Of a DNA stretch of 64,000 bases, positions 39,155 through 50,480 are shown piece after piece. Made by a program: the position numbers and the translations under genes. The notes under the pieces are model-generated. The model worked only from the letters and a program-made list of their open reading frames with translations. It was not told where the DNA came from and ran no database searches. The DNA is from an uncultured Cyclobacteriaceae bacterium (GTDB lineage Bacteria; Bacteroidota; Bacteroidia; Cytophagales; Cyclobacteriaceae): the NCBI GenBank assembly GCA_965365275.1, contig CBDUBA010000012.1, forward strand, positions 986-64,985, given 5' to 3'. How positions within the stretch are numbered: position 1 is the first letter of the stretch; every line of letters starts with the position of its first letter.

Positions 39155-39349
39155 TTAGATGTTCAACATCTTTTTTACTCTAGGAACATCTGATTTATGA
39201 ACTAATGTTGCGTGTTCAAGATTTCTCTTTTGTTTTGTCTCTTTCTTGGTCAGGATATGACTTTTATAAGCATGTTTTCTTTTTATTTTACCTGTACCAG
39301 TAAGTTTAAAACGTTTCTTTGCTCCTGATTTTGTTTTTACTTTAGGCAT
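39155..39349 (-). CDS. rpmI: 50S ribosomal protein L35
   Basis: [36 protein letters not shown] is canonical L35. The length is 64 aa. Confidence 0.97.
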   Translation of the reverse strand: MPKVKTKSGAKKRFKLTGTGKIKRKHAYKSHILTKKETKQKRNLEHATLVHKSDVPRVKKMLNI

Positions 39350-39361
39350 TTTACCGTTTGT

Positions 39362-39889
39362 TTATTTTATTTTTCCCTTAGGAGATAATATTACTGTCAT
39401 ACGTTTGCCTTCTAATCTTGGCATCTGCTCTACTTTACCATAATCTTCAAGCTCCTGCATAAATTTCAATAATAAAATCTCACCTCTTTCTTTAAAAACA
39501 ATTGTCCGACCAACAAAATGAACATAGGCTTTAACTTTTGCGCCATCTTTCAGAAAGTTTAATGCGTGCTTCGTTTTAAAGTTGAAATCATGATCATCAG
39601 TATTGGGACCAAATCTGATCTCCTTGACCACGGTTTTTTGAGCTTTCGCTTTTATCTCTTTCTGCTTTTTTTTCTGCTCATATTTAAACTTAGAGTAATC
39701 AATGATTTTACAAACAGGGGGATCAGCCTTTGGTGAAATCTCCACAAGATCTAAACTCATGTCTTTTGCCATTTGCAAGGCCTCTTCAATAGAATAAACG
39801 CCCACGTTAACATTTTCACCAACAACCCTTACTCTGGGTGATCTAATTTTTTCATTGATGCGGTAGGGCTCTTCGACCCTCCCTCTCAT
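39362..39889 (-). CDS. infC: translation initiation factor IF-3
   Basis: [19 protein letters not shown]...[19 protein letters not shown] is a canonical IF-3 sequence. It sits in the thrS-infC-rpmI-rplT order. The start is taken at the ATG, and an in-frame ATT exists 27 nt upstream (see rejected notes). Confidence 0.93.
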   Translation of the reverse strand: MRGRVEEPYRINEKIRSPRVRVVGENVNVGVYSIEEALQMAKDMSLDLVEISPKADPPVCKIIDYSKFKYEQKKKQKEIKAKAQKTVVKEIRFGPNTDDHDFNFKTKHALNFLKDGAKVKAYVHFVGRTIVFKERGEILLLKFMQELEDYGKVEQMPRLEGKRMTVILSPKGKIK

Positions 39890-40030
39890 TACAAATCTAT
39901 TTCTTGGTCTGATAATTTAAACTGCTTTTTATAAATGAAGTGCAAATATCGCTATTTATTTATTTTTTCTCACAAATTCTATCATAGAAATTTTTACATA
40001 TCCGGTTTCGAAGGATCAATAATAGAGAAT

Positions 40031-41983
40031 TTATTGGACATTTTCTAAACTTTTATCTACTTCACCTGAAAAATACTTTATAAATTCTTCAAGATCGTAC
40101 TTTCCGACATCACCCTCTTTTCGTTTTCTGAGAGATACTTGATTGGATTTCTCCTCTGCCTCACCAACTATTAACATCATTGGGATTTTATTTATTTCAG
40201 AATCTCTGATCTTCTTCCCTACCTTTTCATCCCGGTTGTCAACATATCCGGTAATCCCATGCATTTCAAGCTGTCTGAAAACTTTATCCGCATAATCAGT
40301 ATATTTCTCCGATACAGGAATTACGACAACCTGATCAGGGGCTATCCATAAGGGAAAATCTCCTCCACAATGCTCAATCAATAAGGCTACAAATCGTTCC
40401 ATTGAACCAAAGGGAGCCCGGTGTATCATAACTGGCCTGTGTTTCTGGTTATCCGCTCCGATATACTCCAGATTAAATCTTTTTGGAAGGTTGTAATCCA
40501 CCTGGATCGTGCCTAATTGCCAGCTTCTCTGTAAGGCATCTTTCACCATAAAATCCAGTTTCGGGCCATAAAATGCAGCTTCACCTAACTCTGTTACAGT
40601 TTTTAATCCTTTTTCCTCAGTAGCTTCAATTATATCCTTCTGTGCCTTTTCCCATGCCTCGTCATCACCAATATATTTTTCTTTATTTTCAGGATCACGT
40701 AAAGAGATCTGTGTTGTAAATTCCTCAAATCCTAGCGCTTTAAAAACATATAGAACAAGGTCAATTACATTCTTAAATTCCTCCTTTACCTGGTCAGGCC
40801 GACAGAAAATATGTGAGTCATCCTGAGTAAAACCACGAACTCTAGTCAGACCATGCAATTCACCACTCTGTTCATACCTGTATACTGTACCAAATTCTGC
40901 TAGACGCAATGGCAATTCCTTGTAACTTTTGGGTTTTACTGCATATATCTCACAATGATGTGGACAATTCATCGGTTTCAAAAGGAATTCCTCATTCTCA
41001 TTAGGAGTATGTATAGGCTGAAAGCTGTCTTTTCCATACTTGTCATAATGCCCGGAGGTTACATATAGTTGTTTATGCCCAATGTGGGGAGTTACGACCC
41101 CCTGATAACCTGCCTTGACCTGTGCTTTACGGAGGAAGTTTTCTAACCTTTCCCTCAATTGAGTTCCTTTTGGTAACCATAAGGGCAACCCAAGCCCCAC
41201 TTTTTCAGAAAAGGCAAATAATTCCAGTTCTTTTCCTAATTTTCTGTGATCTCTCTTTTTTGCTTCTTCAAGTAATGTCAAATATTCTGCTAATTCCTTT
41301 TGCTTAGGAAAGGATATACCATATATACGTGTTAGTTGCTTATTCTTTTCATCACCCCTCCAGTAAGCTCCGGCTATATTTAATAATTTTACTGCTTTAA
41401 TTACGCCAGTATCTGGGATATGAGGACCACGGCACAAGTCGATAAAATTGCCTGAATGATATAAGGTTATCTGTCCATCTTCAAGATCTTCAAGTAATTC
41501 CAGCTTATATTCATCACCCTTATCCTTAAAATAGCTAACAGCTTCTTTTTTTGATTTCGGTTCACGTATATATTCATTTTTCTGCCGTGCAATTTCCAGC
41601 ATCTTTTTTTCTACCTTTTCAAGATCTGCTGTATCAAATTCCTGATTTCCAAAATCAACATCATAATAAAAACCATTATCAATAGAAGGTCCAATCCCAA
41701 ATTTTATCCCGGGGTAGATGGCTTCCAGGGCTTCCGCCATTAGATGTGCTGAACTATGCCAGAATGTCGATTTTCCTTCAATATCTCTCCAGGTAAGCAA
41801 CTTAACCTCTGAGTCTTTGGTTATTTCCCGGTTCAAATCCCAAACTTCATGGTCGACCTTTATTGACAGGGCATTTCGGGCCAGCCCCTCACTGATACTC
41901 TGTGCAATTTCATAACCGGTTATTCCATTCTTATATGATCTGACACTTCCATCAGGAAACTTAATATTTATTTTTTTACTCAT
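40031..41983 (-). CDS. thrS: threonine--tRNA ligase
   Basis: 650 aa with an N-terminal TGS domain and an editing-domain HSSAH motif ([11 protein letters not shown]). It also has [11 protein letters not shown], class II core motifs and a C-terminal anticodon-binding domain. Confidence 0.97.
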   Translation of the reverse strand: MSKKINIKFPDGSVRSYKNGITGYEIAQSISEGLARNALSIKVDHEVWDLNREITKDSEVKLLTWRDIEGKSTFWHSSAHLMAEALEAIYPGIKFGIGPSIDNGFYYDVDFGNQEFDTADLEKVEKKMLEIARQKNEYIREPKSKKEAVSYFKDKGDEYKLELLEDLEDGQITLYHSGNFIDLCRGPHIPDTGVIKAVKLLNIAGAYWRGDEKNKQLTRIYGISFPKQKELAEYLTLLEEAKKRDHRKLGKELELFAFSEKVGLGLPLWLPKGTQLRERLENFLRKAQVKAGYQGVVTPHIGHKQLYVTSGHYDKYGKDSFQPIHTPNENEEFLLKPMNCPHHCEIYAVKPKSYKELPLRLAEFGTVYRYEQSGELHGLTRVRGFTQDDSHIFCRPDQVKEEFKNVIDLVLYVFKALGFEEFTTQISLRDPENKEKYIGDDEAWEKAQKDIIEATEEKGLKTVTELGEAAFYGPKLDFMVKDALQRSWQLGTIQVDYNLPKRFNLEYIGADNQKHRPVMIHRAPFGSMERFVALLIEHCGGDFPLWIAPDQVVVIPVSEKYTDYADKVFRQLEMHGITGYVDNRDEKVGKKIRDSEINKIPMMLIVGEAEEKSNQVSLRKRKEGDVGKYDLEEFIKYFSGEVDKSLENVQ

Positions 41984-43090
41984 TTATTGTTCGATACTTT
42001 TTGGTTTTAAAGCAGGAAGTATGGGCCGGGATTCATACTCCCTCCTAATTCTTTGCAAATATGCAATATAATTCTCAAGTTTCTGCATTTCTGATAGTGC
42101 ATATGGATCTCCCTGGTCATATTCAAGTACTTTACTGTATGCGTTATATGCATTATACACTTGTTCCTTGGCCCTATGCGCCTTCCCTAATATATAATAT
42201 GCCTCATTCAACTGGTTATCAATTTCAAGTGCTCTTTCCGCAAAATAAATGGCAGAATCATAATCATATGTATCCAGATACACATCAGCAAGGTTAAGAT
42301 ATGGCCCATATCCTGGATCCTCCTCATCAATCAACCTGAAAGAGATCTCTTTTGAATCTTTATACATTTCTTTCATATTGTAAATTTTGGCCAGCGCATT
42401 TTTCAAGTCTGTATTTTCGGGTTCCTTATTCAGGTATTCAGTTACCATATCATAGGCTTCATCTGCTTTATTTGAGGACATCAACAGATCAGAGTACAGA
42501 ATAATCCCGTTCATTTCCTCATATCCATTGATCAGAGCTTTTTCGATATATTGATAGGCATTTACAGTATCCTTAAAGTTATAATAATAAAGACCCTTTA
42601 AATAAGAGAACTTTGGTTCAGCTCCATTTTTATCGATACAATAGTTTATATGGTCAATCGCTTTGAGAAAATCTCTTTTTTCTGCATATATATAGGCGAG
42701 TTGTTCATTCAAATCGATCGATTCGATTTCGTCATTATTGTACAAGTATTCAGCTGCGGCCAGGGCCCTGTCCACACTATCCAGTTGCAGATTCAACTGA
42801 ACCTCCAATATTCTGTACCGTGTGTTCTTTTCCGAATTGTCTATTAAGGATAAAGTCTGGAATGAACTATCAAAATCCTGGAGTTCATACAGCATTTCTG
42901 CCTTTTTAAGCAACAATTCGCCAGAATTCGGTTCTTTTTCAAGCATTCCATCAATATATGCCAGGGATTCATTAAGGTCGAGAATTCTGGTTCCCTTATC
43001 AATTATTGAAGCCTTCCGGTCATCTGATGAACCGCAACTAATTAATCCGATCAAATAAATTAATAATAATATATGTAGTGAGATTCTCAT
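41984..43090 (-). CDS. TPR repeat lipoprotein
   Basis: It has a lipobox (LIGLISC) and multiple TPR-like repeats. Its TAA stop directly abuts the thrS ATG (0-nt spacer). Confidence 0.85.
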   Translation of the reverse strand: MRISLHILLLIYLIGLISCGSSDDRKASIIDKGTRILDLNESLAYIDGMLEKEPNSGELLLKKAEMLYELQDFDSSFQTLSLIDNSEKNTRYRILEVQLNLQLDSVDRALAAAEYLYNNDEIESIDLNEQLAYIYAEKRDFLKAIDHINYCIDKNGAEPKFSYLKGLYYYNFKDTVNAYQYIEKALINGYEEMNGIILYSDLLMSSNKADEAYDMVTEYLNKEPENTDLKNALAKIYNMKEMYKDSKEISFRLIDEEDPGYGPYLNLADVYLDTYDYDSAIYFAERALEIDNQLNEAYYILGKAHRAKEQVYNAYNAYSKVLEYDQGDPYALSEMQKLENYIAYLQRIRREYESRPILPALKPKSIEQ

Positions 43091-43140
43091 TTGGATACAA
43101 AGATAAAATATCGACAGGGGATCGTCACAATTAATTAGGC

Positions 43141-46100
43141 TTAATCTCCAAATAAATCAAGCTGATCATCTTTCTTGCTGGGCAGGTCAAAATTAAGATC
43201 TATTGTACTGCCTACTTCAAAAATTTCATCATCAGTACTCGTTTCCTGGTCTTCAGAAGAATATTCATCGGTATTTTTATCCTTTTTTTGATTGATAGAA
43301 TCTTTTTCCGGAGGTGCCTGCGGACTTTTAACTATTCTTCTTTTATGAACTGATTTGATCTTTTCCACTTTCTGATCCGCCTCTGTATCTTTCGATCCGG
43401 ATTCTTTAGTGGCAGTATATCCTGACCTTTCTGTCTTCCGGGGGGCTTTGTCATCTTTACTTGGTAAATCTGATTTTGATTGCTTTCTTTTATGTTCAAG
43501 GGATGAATTTACAGGGTCCTCTTCAAAATCATCACTTAAGTCCTGTGATTCAACTTTGTTTTCCACTTTTGAAGATCTGTTTCCTTCTTTTCCTTGCCGG
43601 GATGATATTTTCCCTTCTTTCTTTCTAACTGGTTCGGATGTGATAGCATGGGTTACACCTGAAGCTGATTTCTTTTCCGAAAGATCTTCCTGTTTTAATT
43701 CCTTACCGTTAAGCAGCTCTATCTTCCTGATTTTATTGTTGGAAAGTTTATTCCCGATAGCTTTCCAACCCTTGGTTTCAATCAAATTATCTAATAAGAA
43801 CTCATCAGTCTTTTTAGCATCTTTTCTTTTTACACTATAGTGAACCCTGATTTTCTGATTCTTAATATTTGTGGCTATTTCTAGTCTGCTTCCTTTTTCC
43901 TCTGATATGAAGTTAAATTTTTTCCCGGTCGATAAGGTTTCTATTATAAAGCGTTTAATATAGAATGTTTTGTTTCCGCCATGATAGTAAACAGCAGAAA
44001 TAATATCATCTGGCTCGAATTTGTCAATAAGAACGACTTTCTCGGGTTCGTACCGGTTTGTAAGATCAAAACTGGTAAGAGTATAAGAACCATCTTTCGT
44101 CAAAACAATGATCAGGTCTTCGGGTTTAAAATTACCCAGATATTTACCACGGTTGTCCCTGTTGAGTCTTCCAATGGTCGGATCATACCATATATCAAGA
44201 CCACCCAGGGTGGAAAAACCTGTCGTTTTTAGTTGTATTTTACGAACCGGATATTTTGTCAATATATTCCCTTGTGATCCTCTTCCTTTTATATCAATAG
44301 AGGTAAAATCAAATTCAAAGGTCTTTTTCCTGGCCTTGCTTCCCGATGTAAGATTTACACTTATGGTTTCGGCTTCACCATTGGGATTGGCGGTAAAATA
44401 TAACACTTTAGAACCTTTATGTCCTTTAGTGAGATCATATTCCTTATCACGGGTTACACCCATAACCTGGAAGCGCTTAATCATAGATTTACCGGTCTTT
44501 CCATCTAGATAGACCATATTGTAAACCATCCGTTCATCGTTTTTATTGAAAACAGCTGCATGGAGTATATCCTTCCCCATAAATACCTTTTCAGCAATCC
44601 TGGAAACTTTAAATTTACCATCCTTTCTGAAAGCAATTACGTCATCCAGGTCAGAACACTCACTAATAAACTCATCCTTTTTAAGCCCGTATCCAATAAA
44701 GCCATCTGCCCGGCTTACATACAGTTTTTGATTGTTCGCAGCTACCACAGTTGCAGCTATTGAATCGAAATTCTTTATCTCTGTTTTACGATCTTTGTCT
44801 TTGCCGTACTTTTCTTTCAGTTCTTTGAAATAGTTTATAGCATAATCAACCAGGTTCTTTAGATTGAACTCTACCTGAGTGAGATCGCCTTCAAGTTTCT
44901 TCAGACTTTCATCAGCCTTATACGAATCGAATTTGGATATCCGTTTAATTTTTATTTCAGTTAGACGGACTATATCGTCTTCTGTAATTTCCCGGTAAAA
45001 TTGTTTTTTAAAAGGCTCCAGTCCCTTATCAATTGTTTCTATGACCGCTTCCCAGGTTTCACATTCTTCAATGTCCCTGTATATACGGTTTTCAATAAAG
45101 ATCTTTTCCAGGGAAGAAAACAGAATTCTTTCCAGAAGTTCGGCCCGTTTTATTTCAAGTTCCCGTTTGAGCAGTTGCAAAGTTTGATCAGTATTGATCT
45201 TCAGGATCTGGTGAACATCCATGAAATGTGGTTTTTCATCCAGAATTATGCATGCATTTGGGGATATAGATACTTCACAATCTGTAAATGCATATAAAGC
45301 ATCAATGGTTATATGTGGGGACTGACCAGGAGCAAGATAAACCAGAATCTCAATATCTTTGGCGGTATTGTCAACTACTTTTTTGATCTTGATTTTCCCT
45401 TTTTCACTGGCTTTTATTATAGAATCTATTAAACCTGTTGTTGTAATCCCGTATGGTATATCCTTAATTATCAGTGTCTTATTATCCAGCTCCTCGATAC
45501 GGGCCCTTACCCTGACCCTTCCACCTCGTAATCCTTTGTTATATTCACTGAAGTCAGCCATACCTCCAGTAGGAAAATCCGGGTAGAGCTGAATCCTCTT
45601 GTTATTCAGGATATTGATAGAAGAATCGATCAATTCATTAAAATTGTGTGGTAATATCTTTGTTGATAAACCTACAGCGATTCCTTCCACACCCTGAGCA
45701 AGAAGCATTGGAAATTTAACAGGCAGAGTGACTGGCTCCTTCTTTCTCCCGTCATAGGATAGTTGCCATTCTGTAGTTTGAGCGTTGTATACAACATCGA
45801 GGGCAAATTTCGACAGGCGGGCTTCTATATATCTTGCTGCTGCCGCCTTATCACCTGTTCGTATATCACCCCAGTTACCCTGAGTATCGATGAGCAGGTC
45901 TTTTTGGCCAAGACCTACGATTGCATCGGAGATGGAGGCATCACCATGAGGATGATATTGCATTGTACTTCCAATGATGTTAGCTACTTTATTATAGCGG
46001 CCATCATCCATCTCCTTCATAGCATGGAGAATTCTTCTTTGGACGGGCTTGAAACCATCCTGGATGGCTGGAACAGCTCTTTCGAGAATTACATAGGAGG

Positions 46101-46212
46101 CATAATCCAGAAACCAGTTTTCATACATCCCGGAAACTGGTAATATATCATGGATCTTTTCATTTTCAGGTAGTTCCTCAAATACGTTGTTGTTATCTTC
46201 TCCCATTGTCAT
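43141..46212 (-). CDS. parC: DNA topoisomerase IV subunit A with a long low-complexity C-terminal extension
   Basis: It has a type IIA A-subunit core ([11 protein letters not shown], active-site [10 protein letters not shown]). Unlike the gyrA above, I found no clean GyrA-box. It overlaps the upstream B-subunit gene by 4 nt. The last ~187 aa are a K/E/S/D-rich tail. Confidence 0.92.
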   Translation of the reverse strand: MTMGEDNNNVFEELPENEKIHDILPVSGMYENWFLDYASYVILERAVPAIQDGFKPVQRRILHAMKEMDDGRYNKVANIIGSTMQYHPHGDASISDAIVGLGQKDLLIDTQGNWGDIRTGDKAAAARYIEARLSKFALDVVYNAQTTEWQLSYDGRKKEPVTLPVKFPMLLAQGVEGIAVGLSTKILPHNFNELIDSSINILNNKRIQLYPDFPTGGMADFSEYNKGLRGGRVRVRARIEELDNKTLIIKDIPYGITTTGLIDSIIKASEKGKIKIKKVVDNTAKDIEILVYLAPGQSPHITIDALYAFTDCEVSISPNACIILDEKPHFMDVHQILKINTDQTLQLLKRELEIKRAELLERILFSSLEKIFIENRIYRDIEECETWEAVIETIDKGLEPFKKQFYREITEDDIVRLTEIKIKRISKFDSYKADESLKKLEGDLTQVEFNLKNLVDYAINYFKELKEKYGKDKDRKTEIKNFDSIAATVVAANNQKLYVSRADGFIGYGLKKDEFISECSDLDDVIAFRKDGKFKVSRIAEKVFMGKDILHAAVFNKNDERMVYNMVYLDGKTGKSMIKRFQVMGVTRDKEYDLTKGHKGSKVLYFTANPNGEAETISVNLTSGSKARKKTFEFDFTSIDIKGRGSQGNILTKYPVRKIQLKTTGFSTLGGLDIWYDPTIGRLNRDNRGKYLGNFKPEDLIIVLTKDGSYTLTSFDLTNRYEPEKVVLIDKFEPDDIISAVYYHGGNKTFYIKRFIIETLSTGKKFNFISEEKGSRLEIATNIKNQKIRVHYSVKRKDAKKTDEFLLDNLIETKGWKAIGNKLSNNKIRKIELLNGKELKQEDLSEKKSASGVTHAITSEPVRKKEGKISSRQGKEGNRSSKVENKVESQDLSDDFEEDPVNSSLEHKRKQSKSDLPSKDDKAPRKTERSGYTATKESGSKDTEADQKVEKIKSVHKRRIVKSPQAPPEKDSINQKKDKNTDEYSSEDQETSTDDEIFEVGSTIDLNFDLPSKKDDQLDLFGD

Positions 46213-48083
46213 ATTACTTCCTCAAGGACCAGATCTTTTTCAATTTTCAGGTTATCAATTATAAAATTCTGTCGATCCGGCGTATTTTTCCCCATGTAAA
46301 ATTTTAATAGATTTTTAATGCTTGTGTCTTTATGCAAAATTACAGGTTCAAGCCTGATATTCTCCCCTATAAAGCCCCCGAATTCATCCGGTGATATCTC
46401 ACCGAGACCTTTAAACCGGGTTATTTCAGGCTTAGAGCCTAGTTTTTCAATGGCCAGTCGCTTTTCCTCTTCATTATAACAATAATGCGTTTCCTTTTTA
46501 TTTCTTACCCTGAAGAGTGGTGTATCCAGAATATACACATGACTGTTCCTGATCAGATCAGGAAAAAACTGCAGGAAAAAGGTTAATAAAAGTAACCTGA
46601 TATGCATACCATCTACATCAGCATCGGTGGCAATAACTATTTTACTGTACCGAAGGCCTTCTATTCCGTCCTCTATATTTAAAGCATGCTGTAATAAATT
46701 GAATTCTTCATTTTCATAAACGACTTTCTTAGTTAATCCGAACGAATTCAGGGGTTTTCCCCTCAAGCTAAAAACAGCCTGGGTTTGAACATTTCTTGAT
46801 TTGGTAATAGATCCGCTGGCTGAATCACCTTCGGTTATAAAGATCATCGTATCATTTTTGAGATCACTTTTCTGATCATCCAAATGAATCCTGCAATCAC
46901 GCAGTTTTTTATTATGCAGATTGGCCTTTTTAGCCCTTTCATTTGCCAGTTTTTTAATACCGGCGATATCTTTTCTTTCCCTTTCCGATTGAAGTATGCG
47001 TTTTAACAAGGCATCCGCTACTTCCTGATGTTTGTGAAGATAATTGTCGAGTTCTTTCTTAATAAAATCATTTATGAAGGTTCTCATGGTGGGGCCTTCC
47101 GGTCCCAGATTAATGGACCCCAGCTTTGTTTTTGTCTGAGATTCAAATACTGGCTCTATAACTCTTACAGAGATTGCCCCCACAATACTGGCTCTGATAT
47201 CCGATGCATCAAAATCCTTTTTAAAATAATCCCTGATTGTTTTTACAATGGCTTCACGGAAGGCACTGAGGTGGGTCCCACCCTGTGTTGTGAACTGACC
47301 ATTAACAAACGAATAATATTCTTCCCCGTAAAGGTTATTATGCGTTAAGGCAATTTCAATATCCTGACCTCTAAGGTGAATAGGAGGATAACGTAAACTT
47401 TCCGGATCTGTTTTATTATTGATGAGATCAAGAAGTCCATTCTCGGAGTGAAATTTAACACCGTTAAAGTTTATGGTTAATCCGGCATTCAGGTAAGCGT
47501 AATTCCAGATCTGGTTTTCCAGATATTCCGGAATAAAATGAAAATTCTTAAATACATCAGGATCAGGTTCAAATACGATCAATGTACCATTTCGCTGACT
47601 TGCTTTTTTGTTTTTAAGTTCCTTCAACAAATTGCCCCTGCTGAATTCACCAGAGGTTGTTTTCCCATCCCGAAATGATTGAACCCTGAAATATGCTGAA
47701 AGGGCATTTACAGCCTTCGTTCCAACGCCATTCAGTCCAACAGACTTTTGAAAAGCCTGTGTATCATATTTCCCCCCTGTGTTAATCTTTGAGACGCAAT
47801 CAATTACTTTTCCCAAAGGTATTCCCCTTCCGTAATCCCTGACTTCCACCATATGGTCGCCAACTTTTACATCAATGGTTTTACCATAACCCATCACATG
47901 TTCATCAATGGAATTGTCGATTACTTCCTTAACGAGAACATAAATGCCATCATCTTGCGCAGATCCATCCCCGAGTTTTCCGATATACATACCCGGTCGT
48001 AGTCTGATATGTTCTTTCCAATCGAGGGATTTTATTGTACTTTCATCATAAACGAAATGCTCGTCATTTGATTTTTTATCCAT
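46209..48083 (-). CDS. parE: DNA topoisomerase IV subunit B
   Basis: It has a GHKL ATPase N-terminus ([15 protein letters not shown]), a Toprim EGDSA motif ([10 protein letters not shown]) and a DADVDG motif ([11 protein letters not shown]). At 624 aa it is shorter than typical GyrB. It is translationally coupled to parC. Confidence 0.92.
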   Translation of the reverse strand: MDKKSNDEHFVYDESTIKSLDWKEHIRLRPGMYIGKLGDGSAQDDGIYVLVKEVIDNSIDEHVMGYGKTIDVKVGDHMVEVRDYGRGIPLGKVIDCVSKINTGGKYDTQAFQKSVGLNGVGTKAVNALSAYFRVQSFRDGKTTSGEFSRGNLLKELKNKKASQRNGTLIVFEPDPDVFKNFHFIPEYLENQIWNYAYLNAGLTINFNGVKFHSENGLLDLINNKTDPESLRYPPIHLRGQDIEIALTHNNLYGEEYYSFVNGQFTTQGGTHLSAFREAIVKTIRDYFKKDFDASDIRASIVGAISVRVIEPVFESQTKTKLGSINLGPEGPTMRTFINDFIKKELDNYLHKHQEVADALLKRILQSERERKDIAGIKKLANERAKKANLHNKKLRDCRIHLDDQKSDLKNDTMIFITEGDSASGSITKSRNVQTQAVFSLRGKPLNSFGLTKKVVYENEEFNLLQHALNIEDGIEGLRYSKIVIATDADVDGMHIRLLLLTFFLQFFPDLIRNSHVYILDTPLFRVRNKKETHYCYNEEEKRLAIEKLGSKPEITRFKGLGEISPDEFGGFIGENIRLEPVILHKDTSIKNLLKFYMGKNTPDRQNFIIDNLKIEKDLVLEEVI

Positions 48084-48300
48084 CTACCAGTTCCTTTTCC
48101 AATGGTTGACCAAAATATTTCTTATGATTTTAATGAGTGAATATACGAGTAAAATAATGCCAAAAAAACTAGATTTCTGACATTTTTTCACCTTCAAAGA
48201 TTAGGTAATTAACTATATATCGTTGATCTTATGAGAGTTATTTTACTTCATTTAAACTTTTCAATTAAATAGCCGGACTGATAGTTTACGGTTTAAATAC

Positions 48301-48741
48301 TCAGGATTTCTTTAGAATTAAAATTACCGGGAATATAACAACCCACAAGATTATAATCAATGGTCCTAAATAAACCAAAAAATGTATGCTGTCATAGGTG
48401 TAATTAATTGCATTATTAGCAAAACCTATAAATATCAACATAGTTATAATATACAGATTGACGGTTAAATGAAATCCTTGAAACCAGGTATTAAAATACG
48501 GTCGCTGGCTATTCAGTTTTCTTAAGTTTTCCCTTTTAATAAGAAACATAAAGACCTGGATGACCACGAAAATGGATAATGTAGAATAGAAAAATATATC
48601 TTTTGAAATCTCATGAACGGTTAATCCATTCTTGTTAAACAAAATCCCCAGAGGATCCGGTAAGAAGGCATAAACAAGCAATAAAGCCACAAGAAAAATT
48701 ACAATCGAAACATTAGTGAAAAACTTGAGAAATTTGTTCAT
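48301..48741 (-). CDS. hypothetical integral membrane protein
   Basis: About 4 predicted TM helices. I trimmed the start to the ATG at 48741 (MNKFLKFFTNVSIVIFLVALLL), which begins the first helix. The track start at 48801 adds a non-hydrophobic leader. Confidence 0.65.
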   Translation of the reverse strand: MNKFLKFFTNVSIVIFLVALLLVYAFLPDPLGILFNKNGLTVHEISKDIFFYSTLSIFVVIQVFMFLIKRENLRKLNSQRPYFNTWFQGFHLTVNLYIITMLIFIGFANNAINYTYDSIHFLVYLGPLIIILWVVIFPVILILKKS

Positions 48742-48864
48742 CTCTTGATTTTTGAACAAAATTATTCTGTTTGGGAATGAATTGTGGTGCAAAACGGACA
48801 ATTAATTTCAAAATACTATAAATTAATATTTTAATAAGGAGCACTACAGTTCAAAGAATAACTT

Positions 48865-49257
48865 ATGAAATTTATTACAGCATTTATTCTAATATTATTC
48901 TTTAGTGGATGTATGCATGAGATACAGGTCAGTTTTGACAATGACTCATGGAAAAAAGATCCAAACGGTTGTAAGAAGATAAGACTGGGGATCTACAAGG
49001 AAATTTTAGAAACCCAGAATGAAGTCCTGGGTTTGACAAATAAACAGATCATCAGTATTCTTGGTAAGCCGGAAAGAAATGAACTCTACAGTCGAAATCA
49101 AAAATTTTTTATTTACCAAATTTCCCCGGCTTCAAAATGCAACGTAACAAACAAAACTGAAACACTTTTTCTTTTTATTCGATTTAATGCCGTGGGCTTG
49201 TCTCAGGAGGTATTTGTTCAGGGTGCCCCGAGTTTTAGAGAAACTCCATCTACTTAA
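48865..49257 (+). CDS. hypothetical lipoprotein (possibly BamE/SmpA_OmlA-like fold)
   Basis: It has a lipobox (LFFSGC), and the segment LTNKQIISILGKPE resembles the BamE-type motif. The 3' end overlaps the convergent ROK gene by 8 nt. Confidence 0.6.
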   Translation: MKFITAFILILFFSGCMHEIQVSFDNDSWKKDPNGCKKIRLGIYKEILETQNEVLGLTNKQIISILGKPERNELYSRNQKFFIYQISPASKCNVTNKTETLFLFIRFNAVGLSQEVFVQGAPSFRETPST

Positions 49258-50155
49258 AACAAAGTGAGGCAGCACCTACAATTCCTGCTTCGTTTGCTAA
49301 TGTAGCTTTTTTAATTTCTATACGGCTGGTATAATATGGTGTAAGGTTTTTCATCAATACCCTTTCCATAGGTGCTATTACGTAATTATAACTTTGAGAT
49401 ATGCCCCCACCAACAATAATTGTTTTGATATCAAGCAATCGAATCGTTGAGACAAGAGCCTCACCGAGTAAAATACCTATTCTTTTGAATACCTTGAGTG
49501 CTACCTTATCATTATCTTTTGCTGCTGCAAGAACTTCTTTTGTGTTCCAATTTTCGACTCTATCACCAAGGAGCTTACTCTTACTTTTCTTTAACATGTC
49601 ATTCAGCATATCCTTCAATCCCGCTTTACCAATAATTGTTTCCAGCGTTTTTCCATCCTGCGACATAATATGACCGATCTCCATTGGATTTCCATCACCA
49701 CCTCTGAAAATATGGTGGTCAATTATTGCAGCTCCCCCAACACCGGTTCCCAGGGTTATGAATACATAATTTTCCGGCACTTTTTCTTTACCAAAATAAT
49801 ATTCCCCAAGTGCAGCTACATGAGCATCATTATCCAAATAAAAATGTTTTCCCGGGTGGCTTGATTCAAGTCTATCAAGCAGGTTAGTATTCCCCAGATC
49901 TCCCAAATTGGGCAATTCCAATGTACTACGGGCATCACGGGATATCGTTCCCGGTACACCTATTCCGATTTCTTCAACTTCCGGATGATTCTCAAATTCA
50001 TTCTTTAAAACATCACTAAATCCCTGAACGAAATCGTCCTTTTTCCGAAGGTCTTTGGTGGGATATTTTACCTTTTCCAATAATCCATATTTGGAATCCA
50101 CAAGTCCAATCTTGATGTTGGAACCACCAATGTCAATCCCGAAGAAATGTGCCAT
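49250..50155 (-). CDS. ROK family sugar kinase (glucokinase-like)
   Basis: It has an N-terminal ATPase motif (FGIDIGGSNIKIG), LGTGVGGAAI and EIGH. It lacks the Cys-rich zinc motif seen in many ROK members. Confidence 0.88.
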   Translation of the reverse strand: MAHFFGIDIGGSNIKIGLVDSKYGLLEKVKYPTKDLRKKDDFVQGFSDVLKNEFENHPEVEEIGIGVPGTISRDARSTLELPNLGDLGNTNLLDRLESSHPGKHFYLDNDAHVAALGEYYFGKEKVPENYVFITLGTGVGGAAIIDHHIFRGGDGNPMEIGHIMSQDGKTLETIIGKAGLKDMLNDMLKKSKSKLLGDRVENWNTKEVLAAAKDNDKVALKVFKRIGILLGEALVSTIRLLDIKTIIVGGGISQSYNYVIAPMERVLMKNLTPYYTSRIEIKKATLANEAGIVGAASLCFK

Positions 50156-50480
50156 ATGCTGTTTAATTTTTTAAATGTTAAATTATCCTCGAAAGATAAA
50201 AAATACTGATAAAACAATTACCACAATTGCTAAAAAAAAGAGTTTGGAGCCGATAATGATCTGTATTATTTACTGGGGCTATGTAATGACCCCTGTACTT
50301 TGGATTTCCCATGCATTTACTGCTCCATTTTAACTAAAAAATCATTTTTATTGATCATATTTGCACTGCCAAAAAGTACATGGCAAACTGGCCGGGTATT
50401 CATCATGGCTATCCTTACAGAGATTTTTTGAAACGTTCATATTGTAAATAATTTTAATAATAATTTAAATTCATTTTAAA

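Noticed and set aside
39890-39919. In-frame ATT (39914..39916) directly after an in-frame TAA, 27 nt upstream of the infC ATG; a possible classical AUU start as in E. coli infC autoregulation
   Set aside because: The ATG at 39889 already gives an N-terminus of normal length, with about 9 residues before the conserved YRINE. The ATT would add IIRPRNRFV with no support. It cannot be decided without N-terminal proteomics or orthologue alignment, so the ATG is kept.
43409-46143. + strand ORFs (61-143 aa) opposite parC, including 43409..43840 opposite the tail
   Set aside because: The F/L/S-rich translations are the complement of the K/E/S/D-rich ParC frames. The parC frame is continuous from the catalytic core to the stop, which argues that the tail belongs to ParC and is not a separate gene.
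50256-50451. Two tiny ORFs upstream of fbaA (25 aa at 50256..50333 and 23 aa at 50380..50451), with a locally GC-richer patch (catggcaaactggccgggtattcatcatggc)
   Set aside because: There is no convincing hairpin or terminator structure, no recognisable riboswitch core and no conservation evidence. ORFs this short are expected by chance in 325 nt.
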